Shown here piece after piece: positions 17,302 to 26,600 of a stretch of 64,000 bases of DNA (the first letter of the stretch is position 1; each line of letters opens with the position of its first letter). Source of the stretch: a virus; the IMG/VR virus record IMGVR_UViG_3300045988_065440, positions 17,176 to 81,175 of that record; one strand, 5' to 3'. The translations under genes were made by a program, and so were the position numbers. The notes beneath the pieces were generated by a model, which saw only the letters and a list, made by a program, of their open reading frames with translations, searched no databases and had not been told where the DNA came from.

Positions 17302-17927
17302 TGCATAAAGTTGCAATGGAAATGGGAAAATGGGCTATGGAAAAAGCCAAGGCATGTGGCTTCGACAAGCTTAGTCCGCAAGACTGGGACGATTTGAAAG
17401 ACTGCATGGAATCCGTAAAGTATGCGATTTGTGCAGATAAAGACTACAGAATCGTAGAAGCTATGGACGAATGCGAACAGGAAGAGAAGTATCTTGGACG
17501 CATGGGATATGACAGGTATCGTTACGCAAACGGCAGATTTGCCCCGAAAGGCAAAGGAAGTCGCATGGGATATAAACCATATCTGTACATGGAAGATGAT
17601 GACTGGATGAACGAGTATCTGAACAATCCAGAGTTTGAGCGTAATATGTACCGCATGGGTTATCATCCAGACCGTAGTGATATGAGAATGGATGGAATGA
17701 ACCATAAGCAGTCCAGATATGGTGAAAGCTATGACAGATACAGTGAGAACCGCAGACATTACCATGATTCCAATGATACAGAATCCAAGAGAAAAATGGA
17801 CGAGTCAATGAAAGAGTATACATCTGACATTATCCGTAATCTTACAGAGATGTGGTCAGATGCAGACGCGACTCTTAGACAGTCGATGAAAACCGACTTA
17901 ACCCGTCTGATACAGCAGATGAATTAA
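17301..17927 (+). CDS. hypothetical protein with RMGY repeats
   Basis: TAATG overlap. GRMGYDRY, SRMGYKPY and YRMGYHPD repeats. Confidence 0.6.
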   Translation: MHKVAMEMGKWAMEKAKACGFDKLSPQDWDDLKDCMESVKYAICADKDYRIVEAMDECEQEEKYLGRMGYDRYRYANGRFAPKGKGSRMGYKPYLYMEDDDWMNEYLNNPEFERNMYRMGYHPDRSDMRMDGMNHKQSRYGESYDRYSENRRHYHDSNDTESKRKMDESMKEYTSDIIRNLTEMWSDADATLRQSMKTDLTRLIQQMN

Positions 17928-17946
17928 CAAATAAGAATTAAATTTT

Positions 17947-17979
17947 GCCCTTGTTACAGAAATGTAGCAGGGGCTTTTT
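17947..17979 (+). terminator. rho-independent terminator
   Basis: GCCCTTGTTACA/TGTAGCAGGGGC 12-bp stem (2 G:U), GAAA loop, then TTTTT. Confidence 0.65.
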
Positions 17980-18005
17980 AGTTGAGAAAAGGATGGTGAT
18001 AAACC

Positions 18006-18392
18006 ATGCTAAGACAATTTTATATGAACGGGGACTTATGGAGAGTGCAGTTCGTATCTCCGCACGACAGTGTGTTAATTGATCGCACAGGTAATAGAAC
18101 ACTTGCGGTATCGGATTATTCTACAATGATAATTTCAATTGCAAATAATCTGCATGGGGAACTTCTGAACCGTGTGTTTATCCATGAATTAGGTCATTGC
18201 GTGATGTTCAGCTACGGTCTATTACCAGAACTTCACCGCATGGTCAAAAAACGATACTGGGTGGACGCAGAGGAATGGTGTTGCAATCTTCTAGCTGACT
18301 ATTCTTGTTTCGTGATTGGCACAGCTAGAGATGCTTTAGGAAACCAGTTCACATATGTATCTCCTGTTGGGGTAGAAAGGATGATAGCTTAA
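18006..18392 (+). CDS. putative zinc metallopeptidase (HExxH)
   Basis: FIHELGHCV motif; 128 aa. Confidence 0.5.
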   Translation: MLRQFYMNGDLWRVQFVSPHDSVLIDRTGNRTLAVSDYSTMIISIANNLHGELLNRVFIHELGHCVMFSYGLLPELHRMVKKRYWVDAEEWCCNLLADYSCFVIGTARDALGNQFTYVSPVGVERMIA

Positions 18393-20032
18393 TGGCATTT
18401 GCAGACAATAATATCATACCAATACAATTAGATTATAGATTCGTGACAACCCGTAAAATCTGGCAATACGACTACGGTCAGATATTGAGTATCACAGGAC
18501 AGAATCTTCCAACAGCTACAGAGGTACATTTTAGCCTTGACATAAGAGGTGGAAGCACACTGTCAAGGGTTGGAACAACAATGGATGGTGCGACAACTGT
18601 TAAGATTCCAGACGAATTACTGAAAAACAATGGAAAGTCTGGTGATTTTTCCATCTATGCATTCATATATGTGGCTGATGAGGAATCCGGCAATACAGAG
18701 TACAGAATTACTATTCCGGTATACAGTCGACCAAAGCCAGAGAATCCAAGCGTAGATCCAGCACCGGAACCGAATATTTTCCACGAAACGGTTACTGCGG
18801 TCAATAACGCGGCTGATCGGGCAGAAAAAGCAGCGAAAGATACGGAGCAAATACGTGACAATCTGAATCTTGACCTGTCAGAGAAAATCACTCGACCACA
18901 GTCCGCAAAGGTTGGACAGGTAATAGCAGTAAAAGAAGTCGGTACAGACGGCAAACCGACAGATTTCGAAGCGAAGGACATGACAGGCGGTGCGTCTACG
19001 GAAGAAATCAAAGAAGCTGTCGACGCGTATATGCAAGAACACCCGTTTGAAGAGACCGACCCAACAGTTCCCGACTGGGCGAAACAACCAGAAAAACCGA
19101 CATATACTGCGGAAGACGTTGGTGCATTACCAGATAATACAAAGATTCCAACAAAAACATCTGAGCTAGAAAATGACAGCGGATTTCTTAATTCTCCCCC
19201 AACTCCCGAAGTTGGCAAAATTCTTCGGGTAAAATCAGTCAACGAAGATGGCACATTCGTCTGTGAGTGGGCGGATGGTGGAAGCAACTTGGACGTGCGA
19301 ATCGATGGTAAGAGTATCGTTCAGGATGGTGTAGCGGAGATACCGATATCTTCGCATGATACTCTTGGATTGGTATACACCGACAACTCGGCTGGAGGCT
19401 ATACTACTGGGCTGATGAATCGACAAGGAAGATTACAAGTAAATACCGCAAGCATTGACGATGTAAATAAGAGACGTCTTAGAAAAGAAATTGATTGTTC
19501 CAACTTTGACTACGCCGTCAAAGCCGCCATGTGTGATGGAAAAGGTGCAGCATGGACAGCCGAGGAACAGGCGACGGCTAGAGCGAGGATAGGTGCGCTT
19601 GACACTCAAGATATGATAGACATCACAGAAATAACAATGGATGCCGAAACATTGAAATATGTATTCCCATCATTTGCAGACTACAGAATATTAGAGATTT
19701 CATTTTCGAAAACAAAAAAAGAGATCGCAGGACTTACAGGGAATATTTGGCTTAAGCCTAATTATGCTCATGCTCAATGGATTGTTACCAGTACGTTTGC
19801 GGATATGCTTAATATATTCACTCTAGATACGTCTGGAAAATCATGCATCGGGAAAAATGTGCATACAAACAATACACAAATTGTAATAGGCACACAAGGA
19901 CTCATTGTAGATAAAGAATATTGGAACACAGAGTTTCGGGGATCCCCCTATCTCTTGTTACCAAATACAGAGTGGGCACAGTATTGTGCAGAATGTAATA
20001 CAATAATAAAAGTTAGGGGGATTAAGAGATGA
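18392..20032 (+). CDS. fibre/baseplate-type structural protein (BppU_N-like N-terminus, tentative)
   Basis: 546 aa. N-terminal beta-rich region. Followed by an acidic protein and XkdX, as in PBSX-type fibre modules. Confidence 0.45.
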   Translation: MAFADNNIIPIQLDYRFVTTRKIWQYDYGQILSITGQNLPTATEVHFSLDIRGGSTLSRVGTTMDGATTVKIPDELLKNNGKSGDFSIYAFIYVADEESGNTEYRITIPVYSRPKPENPSVDPAPEPNIFHETVTAVNNAADRAEKAAKDTEQIRDNLNLDLSEKITRPQSAKVGQVIAVKEVGTDGKPTDFEAKDMTGGASTEEIKEAVDAYMQEHPFEETDPTVPDWAKQPEKPTYTAEDVGALPDNTKIPTKTSELENDSGFLNSPPTPEVGKILRVKSVNEDGTFVCEWADGGSNLDVRIDGKSIVQDGVAEIPISSHDTLGLVYTDNSAGGYTTGLMNRQGRLQVNTASIDDVNKRRLRKEIDCSNFDYAVKAAMCDGKGAAWTAEEQATARARIGALDTQDMIDITEITMDAETLKYVFPSFADYRILEISFSKTKKEIAGLTGNIWLKPNYAHAQWIVTSTFADMLNIFTLDTSGKSCIGKNVHTNNTQIVIGTQGLIVDKEYWNTEFRGSPYLLLPNTEWAQYCAECNTIIKVRGIKR

Positions 20033-20331
20033 AGGTGTCAGAATACAAACAAACAGGAACCCGTACAGAATCCTACACAGTAACCGTTCCAGCCGAGTAC
20101 GACGAAGAAAATAACCTCATCTCCGAGGAACATGAAGAGACCCGTACCCGTGAAGTACCAGTGATGGGAATGGTCTACAGAGATATGACGCCCGAAGAAA
20201 TTGCCGAACTGGAGAAGATTCAGACGGAACTCCCAGAAGAACAACCAACTCAGCAAGATCGTATCGAGGCACAGGTTATGTATACGGCACTGATGACAGA
20301 CACATTACTTGAAGAAAGCGAGGAAGCATGA
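20029..20331 (+). CDS. acidic hypothetical protein (XkdW position)
   Basis: 100 aa, very acidic; overlaps neighbours. Confidence 0.55.
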   Translation: MKVSEYKQTGTRTESYTVTVPAEYDEENNLISEEHEETRTREVPVMGMVYRDMTPEEIAELEKIQTELPEEQPTQQDRIEAQVMYTALMTDTLLEESEEA

Positions 20332-20456
20332 TGTTCGAGAAGATCAGGAGATTTTTCAATCTGAAACTGTACACGAAGAAACAGATCAGACAGTTTTGTG
20401 ACAAGGGTGTAATCACCCCAGAGCAGTATAAGCAGATCACCGGAGAAGAGTACTAA
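20328..20456 (+). CDS. XkdX-family small protein
   Basis: 42 aa MMFEKIRRFFNLKLYTKKQIRQFCDKGVITPEQYKQITGEEY matches the XkdX pattern (...kg.IT.eqY..ITGe.Y). Confidence 0.6.
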   Translation: MMFEKIRRFFNLKLYTKKQIRQFCDKGVITPEQYKQITGEEY

Positions 20457-20473
20457 CATGAGTGAGGTATATT

Positions 20474-20860
20474 ATGAGAGGGTTAAAGCGACAGCAACAG
20501 ATAGTATACTGGTCAAAAGTAACCGAAGCACTTGATGGGATAGATACCGTATCGTCCTACAGTCAGCCACAAAGTTTTAAGTTTTCCGTATCATCCACCG
20601 CAGGAACACCAGAGGAAATATCGGCAGGAATTGTGCCGGATTACGACAGGTACATTACTTCATTCAACCGTTCTTTCCATCCGCAAGAGGGAGATGTATT
20701 TTGGATTGATACCGTGCCACAGGTTGACACACTCGGAAATCTGGTTCTGGAAGATGGTATTCCTACAACACCGCCAGATTATCGTTTGAAGAAAATCCTT
20801 GATACGCAAAGAGGGAATCTGGCTAGATATGGAATTAAAAAGATAGGTGCAGAAGAATGA
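20474..20860 (+). CDS. head-tail joining protein (tentative)
   Basis: ATG 20474 with a GAGGT SD. Called on size and position only. Confidence 0.35.
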   Translation: MRGLKRQQQIVYWSKVTEALDGIDTVSSYSQPQSFKFSVSSTAGTPEEISAGIVPDYDRYITSFNRSFHPQEGDVFWIDTVPQVDTLGNLVLEDGIPTTPPDYRLKKILDTQRGNLARYGIKKIGAEE

Positions 20861-21375
20861 ATGGACGAGTAATCAAATGCAATCTGAGTCAAAAATCTAT
20901 TGGAAATGCAATCAAAGAATTGGAAGCATACCAAAACAGTCTTCGCGATAAAAACGAGTTGTTCCTTAAAAGGCTTTGCGAATTGGGAATTCCTGTCATA
21001 GACGAAAATATTATGTTGGCACAGGGAGATTCTGATAAAAACCACAATACCTACATCAAAATCAACAGGTTCGGAAATTACGCGCAGGCAACTCTTGTGT
21101 GCGAGGGTTCTGGGATTTTATTCATAGAATTCGGTGCAGGTATTTCGTACAACACTCCGGCAGGAACAAGCCCCCATCCAAAAGGAGAAGAATTTGGATA
21201 TACTATTGGTTCTTACGGACAGGGTAAAGGAGAAAATGAATCGTGGGTATATGTCTCTGATTCTGGCGAATGGGTACGTTCTTACGGTACGGAGGCTACA
21301 ATGCCCGTGTACAAAGCAAGCGTAGAAATTATGCAGAATATCCGTAGAATCGCAAAAGAAGTGTTTTCTGCATAA
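20857..21375 (+). CDS. HK97 gp10-like tail-completion protein (tentative)
   Basis: 172 aa. Position upstream of the major tail gene. C-terminal ...IMQNIRRIAKEVF is typical of the gp10 family. Confidence 0.35.
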   Translation: MNGRVIKCNLSQKSIGNAIKELEAYQNSLRDKNELFLKRLCELGIPVIDENIMLAQGDSDKNHNTYIKINRFGNYAQATLVCEGSGILFIEFGAGISYNTPAGTSPHPKGEEFGYTIGSYGQGKGENESWVYVSDSGEWVRSYGTEATMPVYKASVEIMQNIRRIAKEVFSA

Positions 21376-21383
21376 AAACATAA

Positions 21384-21466
21384 CACCTTTTCTTACTGAA
21401 TATAACGTCTGTTTTATGTATACTGTAAGATATAAAAGCATCTACCGGAATGGTGGGTGCTTTTTC
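21384..21466 (+). promoter_or_regulatory. repeat element copy 2: promoter-like box, leader and terminator hairpin
   Basis: CTTACTGAAT (21392-21401), 17 nt, TATACT (21419-21424). GCATCTACC/GGTGGGTGC hairpin (21438-21460, 2 G:U), then TTTTT. 24 nt are identical to copy 1. Confidence 0.55.
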
Positions 21467-21493
21467 TATGCTCAAAACAAGGTGGTGACAGAG

Positions 21494-21895
21494 ATGCCAG
21501 ATGTAGTAAAAAATCCAGTTTCGGATGTATTTGAACGATGGATAACAACTATTGAACCTGTTGTAGGAAAAGGTAACTTTTCTAATGATGAAAGCCAGAC
21601 GGTAGCTTCAAACAAAAAGGTTTACGCACGTTTGTTCTTGCTTGGAAATCCAACATCACGTGGCAATCTTGAGGGGGATGAGTGCGCGACAACGCCATCT
21701 TTCCAATCAGAATCCTATGCGACTGGTTCAAAAGCTTCTTCAAAAGTATATGAAATTGACGATGTCAGTCACAAGGCTATGGTTGGCATGGGGTTCCGTA
21801 GGATATACGGGCCCGTAAGACAAAATAATGCTGATAACAGCATAAAACGTGTTGTTAGCAGATATAGCCGGATATATACCGGCACATTACTCTAG
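21494..21895 (+). CDS. hypothetical structural protein
   Basis: ATG 21494 with an AAGGTGG SD (trimmed from track ORF 21416, which would read through the repeat element). Confidence 0.5.
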   Translation: MPDVVKNPVSDVFERWITTIEPVVGKGNFSNDESQTVASNKKVYARLFLLGNPTSRGNLEGDECATTPSFQSESYATGSKASSKVYEIDDVSHKAMVGMGFRRIYGPVRQNNADNSIKRVVSRYSRIYTGTLL

Positions 21896-21912
21896 GAAAG
21901 GAGTGAAAAAAC

Positions 21913-22206
21913 ATGGAACAGATTATGAACTATGTGAAACCGGAACTTCTTATTGTCGCGGTTGTACTGTACTTTATCGGAATGGGTATTAAAAAATCCG
22001 AAGTCATACCGGACAAATATATCCCGGCAATCCTTGGTGCTTTAGGCATTCTGATTTGTGGAATTTATGTTATTGCTACATGTGCTATATCTGGCGCACA
22101 GGAAATCGCAATGGCAATTTTTACCGCAATCACACAGGGAATCCTCGTTGCAGGACTTAGTAATTATGTAAATCAGATCGTAAAGCAGGCAAGCAAAGAA
22201 GACTAG
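21913..22206 (+). CDS. holin (phi LC3-like, 3 TM)
   Basis: 97 aa with three hydrophobic helices and a charged C-terminus (KQASKED). Confidence 0.55.
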   Translation: MEQIMNYVKPELLIVAVVLYFIGMGIKKSEVIPDKYIPAILGALGILICGIYVIATCAISGAQEIAMAIFTAITQGILVAGLSNYVNQIVKQASKED

Positions 22207-22254
22207 AAGGAGGTGATCCTTTTATCTCCCGGTACAGGGTTAAGTATCAGAACC

Positions 22255-22277
22255 AGAGCCATTAAGGCTCTTTTTTA
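22255..22277 (+). terminator. rho-independent terminator
   Basis: AGAGCC/GGCTCT stem followed by TTTTTT. Confidence 0.55.
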
Positions 22278-22316
22278 TTGCAATAATTCATAGCCGAAAG
22301 GCAGAAAGGAGCCAAA

Positions 22317-22796
22317 ATGGCACGATTAACTACACTTGGTGTGAAATTTTCATATGCCGTTGAAACCGTGAAAGGCACAAAGCCTACCAAATTCACACAG
22401 CTGGAAGAAGCCTCTTCCATTGGCGGCATTTCTCTTGAAACAGAACAGATTGACGTTTCTGCACTGGAAGATTATCTGACACAGTATGCAGCTGGTAGAC
22501 AGGATACTGGTGGTACATGGGAAATTGAATTCATCATGGATCCAGACAAATCTGTTAAACAGATTAAAAAACTGTACGAAGATTCTAAAGCTGCAAAAAC
22601 TACAGGACTGGCAACCTGGTTCCAGGTGTCATTCCCGGATATGTCCGACGCATTCTTTGCTATTGCAGAATGCGGTCGCGAAATTCCAATGCCAGAAATT
22701 GCACAGAACGAAGCAGCAACCATGTCTATTTCTCTTATCATCAATACATATAAGGGACTGGATACCAAAATTGAGCCGACAGCGGCTGCTGAATAA
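22317..22796 (+). CDS. major tail protein
   Basis: 159 aa, directly upstream of the chaperone pair and tape measure (conserved synteny). Confidence 0.6.
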   Translation: MARLTTLGVKFSYAVETVKGTKPTKFTQLEEASSIGGISLETEQIDVSALEDYLTQYAAGRQDTGGTWEIEFIMDPDKSVKQIKKLYEDSKAAKTTGLATWFQVSFPDMSDAFFAIAECGREIPMPEIAQNEAATMSISLIINTYKGLDTKIEPTAAAE

Positions 22797-22820
22797 GATG
22801 TAAAACAGGGAGGATAATTC

Positions 22821-23234
22821 ATGTTTAGTTTCTCAGTAAATGATAAAACATACAAAGTAAAATTCGGATATGGCGTGCTTACCCAGTCGGACATTCTTAC
22901 ACAGGTGTCTTCTATGGGGGCAATCACCAATCCGAAAGATATGATTAAAATGCTTCCAGAACTGATTCTGGCAGGACTGCAAAGAAAACACAAAGATGAA
23001 TTCGGATACGAAACCGAAGAGGAAAAGAAAGTTGCATATGAAAAGGTATGTGACCTTCTGGACGACTACGAAGATGAATCCACAGAGGAAAATCCTCATA
23101 ATGGATTTACTTTATTCGAAAAAGCGAGTAAGGAGCTTGAGAAGAACGGTTTTTTATCCGGCATGATAAATGCAATGGAGAAGGCAGAGACGAAACTTCC
23201 GAAGACTCCACAGGATCACAAGAAGAAGAGCTGA
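22821..23234 (+). CDS. tail assembly chaperone (G-like short form)
   Basis: Position between the major tail and tape measure genes. Contains the slippery site T TTT TTA at 23150-23156. Confidence 0.7.
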   Translation: MFSFSVNDKTYKVKFGYGVLTQSDILTQVSSMGAITNPKDMIKMLPELILAGLQRKHKDEFGYETEEEKKVAYEKVCDLLDDYEDESTEENPHNGFTLFEKASKELEKNGFLSGMINAMEKAETKLPKTPQDHKKKS

Positions 23235-23638
23235 GCTTTCCTGAGGTAGTCCACAAAAAGCTACTTCCACTTTATTTGTCTATTGGCGTTTCTGAGGAAA
23301 AGTTTTGGGATTCCACACCATATGATTTAGAACCATACATGGAAGCCTACAAATTAAAACAAAAAATGGCTGATTCGCAAGCATGGCAGTTCAACATGTA
23401 CACGATGTGTGCAGTTCAGACTGCGGTTGCAAATGTGCTTATTGGTAAAAAGTCGAAGGCTGAATACCTTAAAGAGCCATTTTCACAAACAGCTGAAAAA
23501 CAGAAGCAAGAGGATGAAGAGAATCTTTCTGAAGCAGAAAAGAAACGGCAACGTGACAGGTTGCTCATGACATTGCAACTCATGCAAGCAAATTTTGAGT
23601 TGAATCATGGTAATAATGACGAGGGCAGGCAGGATTAA
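22821..23638 (+). CDS. tail assembly chaperone long form via -1 frameshift (GT-like)
   Basis: The -1 frame is open from 23141 to 23638. A canonical U UUU UUA heptamer sits in the 0 frame at 23150-23156. Track ORF 23276..23638 (TTG start) is this frame. Confidence 0.55.
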
Positions 23639-23685
23639 AAGTCTTGTCTGCCCTTTATTTTTTTTGATTAAAAGGAGGTGCTTTA

Positions 23686-26600
23686 ATGGCCGATAATACC
23701 ATAGATACCCTCAATATACAAATAGAGAGTAGTTCTTCCAGAGCTGTTCAATCTATCAACGACCTTATTAAAAAGCTAGATGTATTGAATAAATCTTTGA
23801 ATGGCATTAATACTGGTGGGTTGAGAAATTATGCTAAAGAGCTTGGGCGAGTTACCGTTGCTTTCAGTTCTCTTGGAAATGTCAATACGTCTGGCTTAGA
23901 TCGTACCATAGCAAAACTGAATGCTCTCAGCAAAATCAACCTGAGTAATCTGCAAAATCAGAAAATAAGTCTTGACCTCGAAATTAAAGGTGGAGATCAG
24001 ACGCAAAAATTGCAGTACGCCATCGACAAAACCATTCGAGATATAAAAGTTGACACATCATCATTATCTGAACAACTCATTAAGTCATTTGACCTTAAAG
24101 GTGGGGCGGCGGCTAAAATTCGCGCTCAGATGAATGATCTGTCCAAAGCTATGGCAAGCTCTTATGACGGAACAGATATGTCTGTAAAACTCAACGATAC
24201 GCTTAACAGTATTGCTAATACTATTATCAAAAGCGGAAGTGTTGTTAAGGGAAATTTAGGATCATATCTTGATGGTGCTGAACAGGAATGGATTGATTTC
24301 TATAATTTCTTTAAGAATAAAAGAATTTATGTTTCTGACATGCTCAAAGCAGATGTCGGAAACGGTGAATTCAATAGCTTACTGAAGGAAAATTTGAGCA
24401 ATATTGTGCGTGATGCCGCGAAAGGAATAAATCTCAATGAATCATGGGGAGAACTGGCAGACAGATTTCCTACTTTGATTCCTAAAGATACAATCAATGC
24501 CGCAGATCAGCTGATTGCTGTCCTTGAAAATCTTAAAAAAGTAAGAGATTCTATTAAGCCTGTTTCAATTCAAGACCTTACCGGCAAGGATTCAGCTATG
24601 GCATCAGATAAGGCATGGGGGTTCAGCACAGACGCATACAATCAATTAGCCGAAAGTGTAAAGAAACGCATCGAAAGTGCTTTAAGTACCGCAAATGGAG
24701 AACTCCCGGTTGATGTAAAAATCAATACAGATAAAATTGTCCTTGATATTCAGAAAGCAATCAATAAAGCGGCAGACCTGAAATACAATACTGTCAATGT
24801 AACTCTGGATGCAGATGTTACGACAGTAAAAGACGCAATCACAAAGAAATTAAAAGATATTGATGCCGGAGAAATGACTGATTTATCTACCAGCATGTCA
24901 AAATTTGCAACCTCTCTCCGCGATCTGGGAAGTGTGAATTTCAAAGGGACTGGATTGAACGCAGTGATTAATTCCATTAATCGTCTTGGAAAATCCGATT
25001 TCAGTCAGTTTGATACAGGGAAATTGGGTGAAATTCTTACTGAGATGCAGAAACTTGATACTATTCCAGACGTTTCTCCGAGCGTTAGCCGGTTCACAAC
25101 CGCTATAGCTAAACTTGCCGACACAGGACAGTATATCGGCAATGTATCAAAGGAACTTCCGAATCTTGCGACAGGTTTAAATAATACGGCTGCTAAATTA
25201 AGCTCTATGAGCGAGGTATCAGCATCCACCAATGCTTTTATTACTTCTCTTGGAAAATTAGCTAGTGCAGGAGATAAAACTGGAAAGACTGCAAGCCAAT
25301 TATCAACTCTTGCACAAGAGGTTTTGAAGTTTTTTGACGCAATGAAAAGCGCACCAGATATCAGCTCAAGCACAATAAGAATGACAGAAGCTCTTGCAGT
25401 ATTAGCATCGTCTGGAAGCAAAGTAGGGCGTGCTACAAATAGCGTTTCGAATTCATTTAACACGCTTTCTTCGTTAGGTTCGAAAGCAAATACTGTAATC
25501 CATGGGTTGACAAATGCTTTTCAAAAATTTGCTTCAAAAGCTATTTCTTTAGGCGGAAAAGCCGTATCTGCAATCGCAGGTATTGGAAATGCATCTTCTG
25601 AAGCCGGCGAAAAAATAAGAAGATTGTCAAATCCTCTGAGTTCGGTAACGAATAAGTTGAGCGCTCTTTACGCCAAAGGTTTCCTCGCAAAAAGGGCATT
25701 AGATGTTCTGACATCGCCAGTAGAATCCGCAATGAACTATGTAGAGACCCTGAATTACTTCAACTCTGCATTCAATCAGGTGGCAGAAGGGATCGACACT
25801 GACGAATGGAAGAAAAGTGGTATAAAATCTGCTGAAGCATATGCAAATTCATTCCAAGAAAGAGCAAAACAGCTTTCGCAGAAACTGACAGGATTCGAAG
25901 TGTCAGATACTGGTGAACTGGCTAGAACCAATACCGCCAGTCTTGGACTTGACCCAGAAAAGACTATGCAGTATCAGGCAACATTTGCGCAGATGGCATC
26001 ATCTATGGGCGATACATCAGAGACTGCATTAAAATTGTCTAATGCACTCACTATGATTGGTGCAGACCTTGCATCTGTAAGAAATATGGACTTTGAAGAT
26101 GTATGGCAGGACATGGCATCCGGCTTGACTGGTATGAGCCGCGCTATGGATAAGTACGGAATTAATATCCGTAATGCCAACATGCAACAGGAACTGTATA
26201 ATCTTGGAATTAATACCAGCATATCGAATTTGTCTCAGGCAGATAAAACGATTCTAAGAACGATTATCTTGCTGAACAACTCTAAGTATGCGTGGGCTGA
26301 TTTATCAAACACGATCAATCAACCGGCAAATCAAATTCGTATGTTGCAAGCTAACTTTGCATCCCTTGGTAGAACAATAGGTTCCTTATTCATTCCTATA
26401 CTGCAAACAGTTCTTCCGTATATCAATGCAATCGTAATCGCATTACAAAGAATGTTTGCTTATATTGCAAAATTGCTTGGAATCAAACTGTCAAACTTTG
26501 TATCATCTACTGGTGGTATTTCTGTAGATACTGGAGATATTGCAGATAATATGGATAATGCCAGTGGTGCGATTGACAATGCCAATACCAGCGCAAAAAA

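Noticed and set aside
17058-17765. Long minus-strand ORFs across the structural region (also 11621..12004, 18655..19287, 22472..22993, 25005..25463, 36979..37407)
   Set aside because: These are shadow ORFs antisense to well-supported + strand genes. They lack SDs and break operon continuity.
21416-21493. N-terminal extension of track ORF 21416..21895
   Set aside because: It would be translated through the promoter-leader-terminator repeat element. ATG 21494 has an AAGGTGG SD.
23276-23638. Independent TTG-initiated 120-aa gene
   Set aside because: It has no SD. The frame is open 135 nt further upstream and connects to the chaperone gene through a canonical TTTTTTA -1 slippery site.
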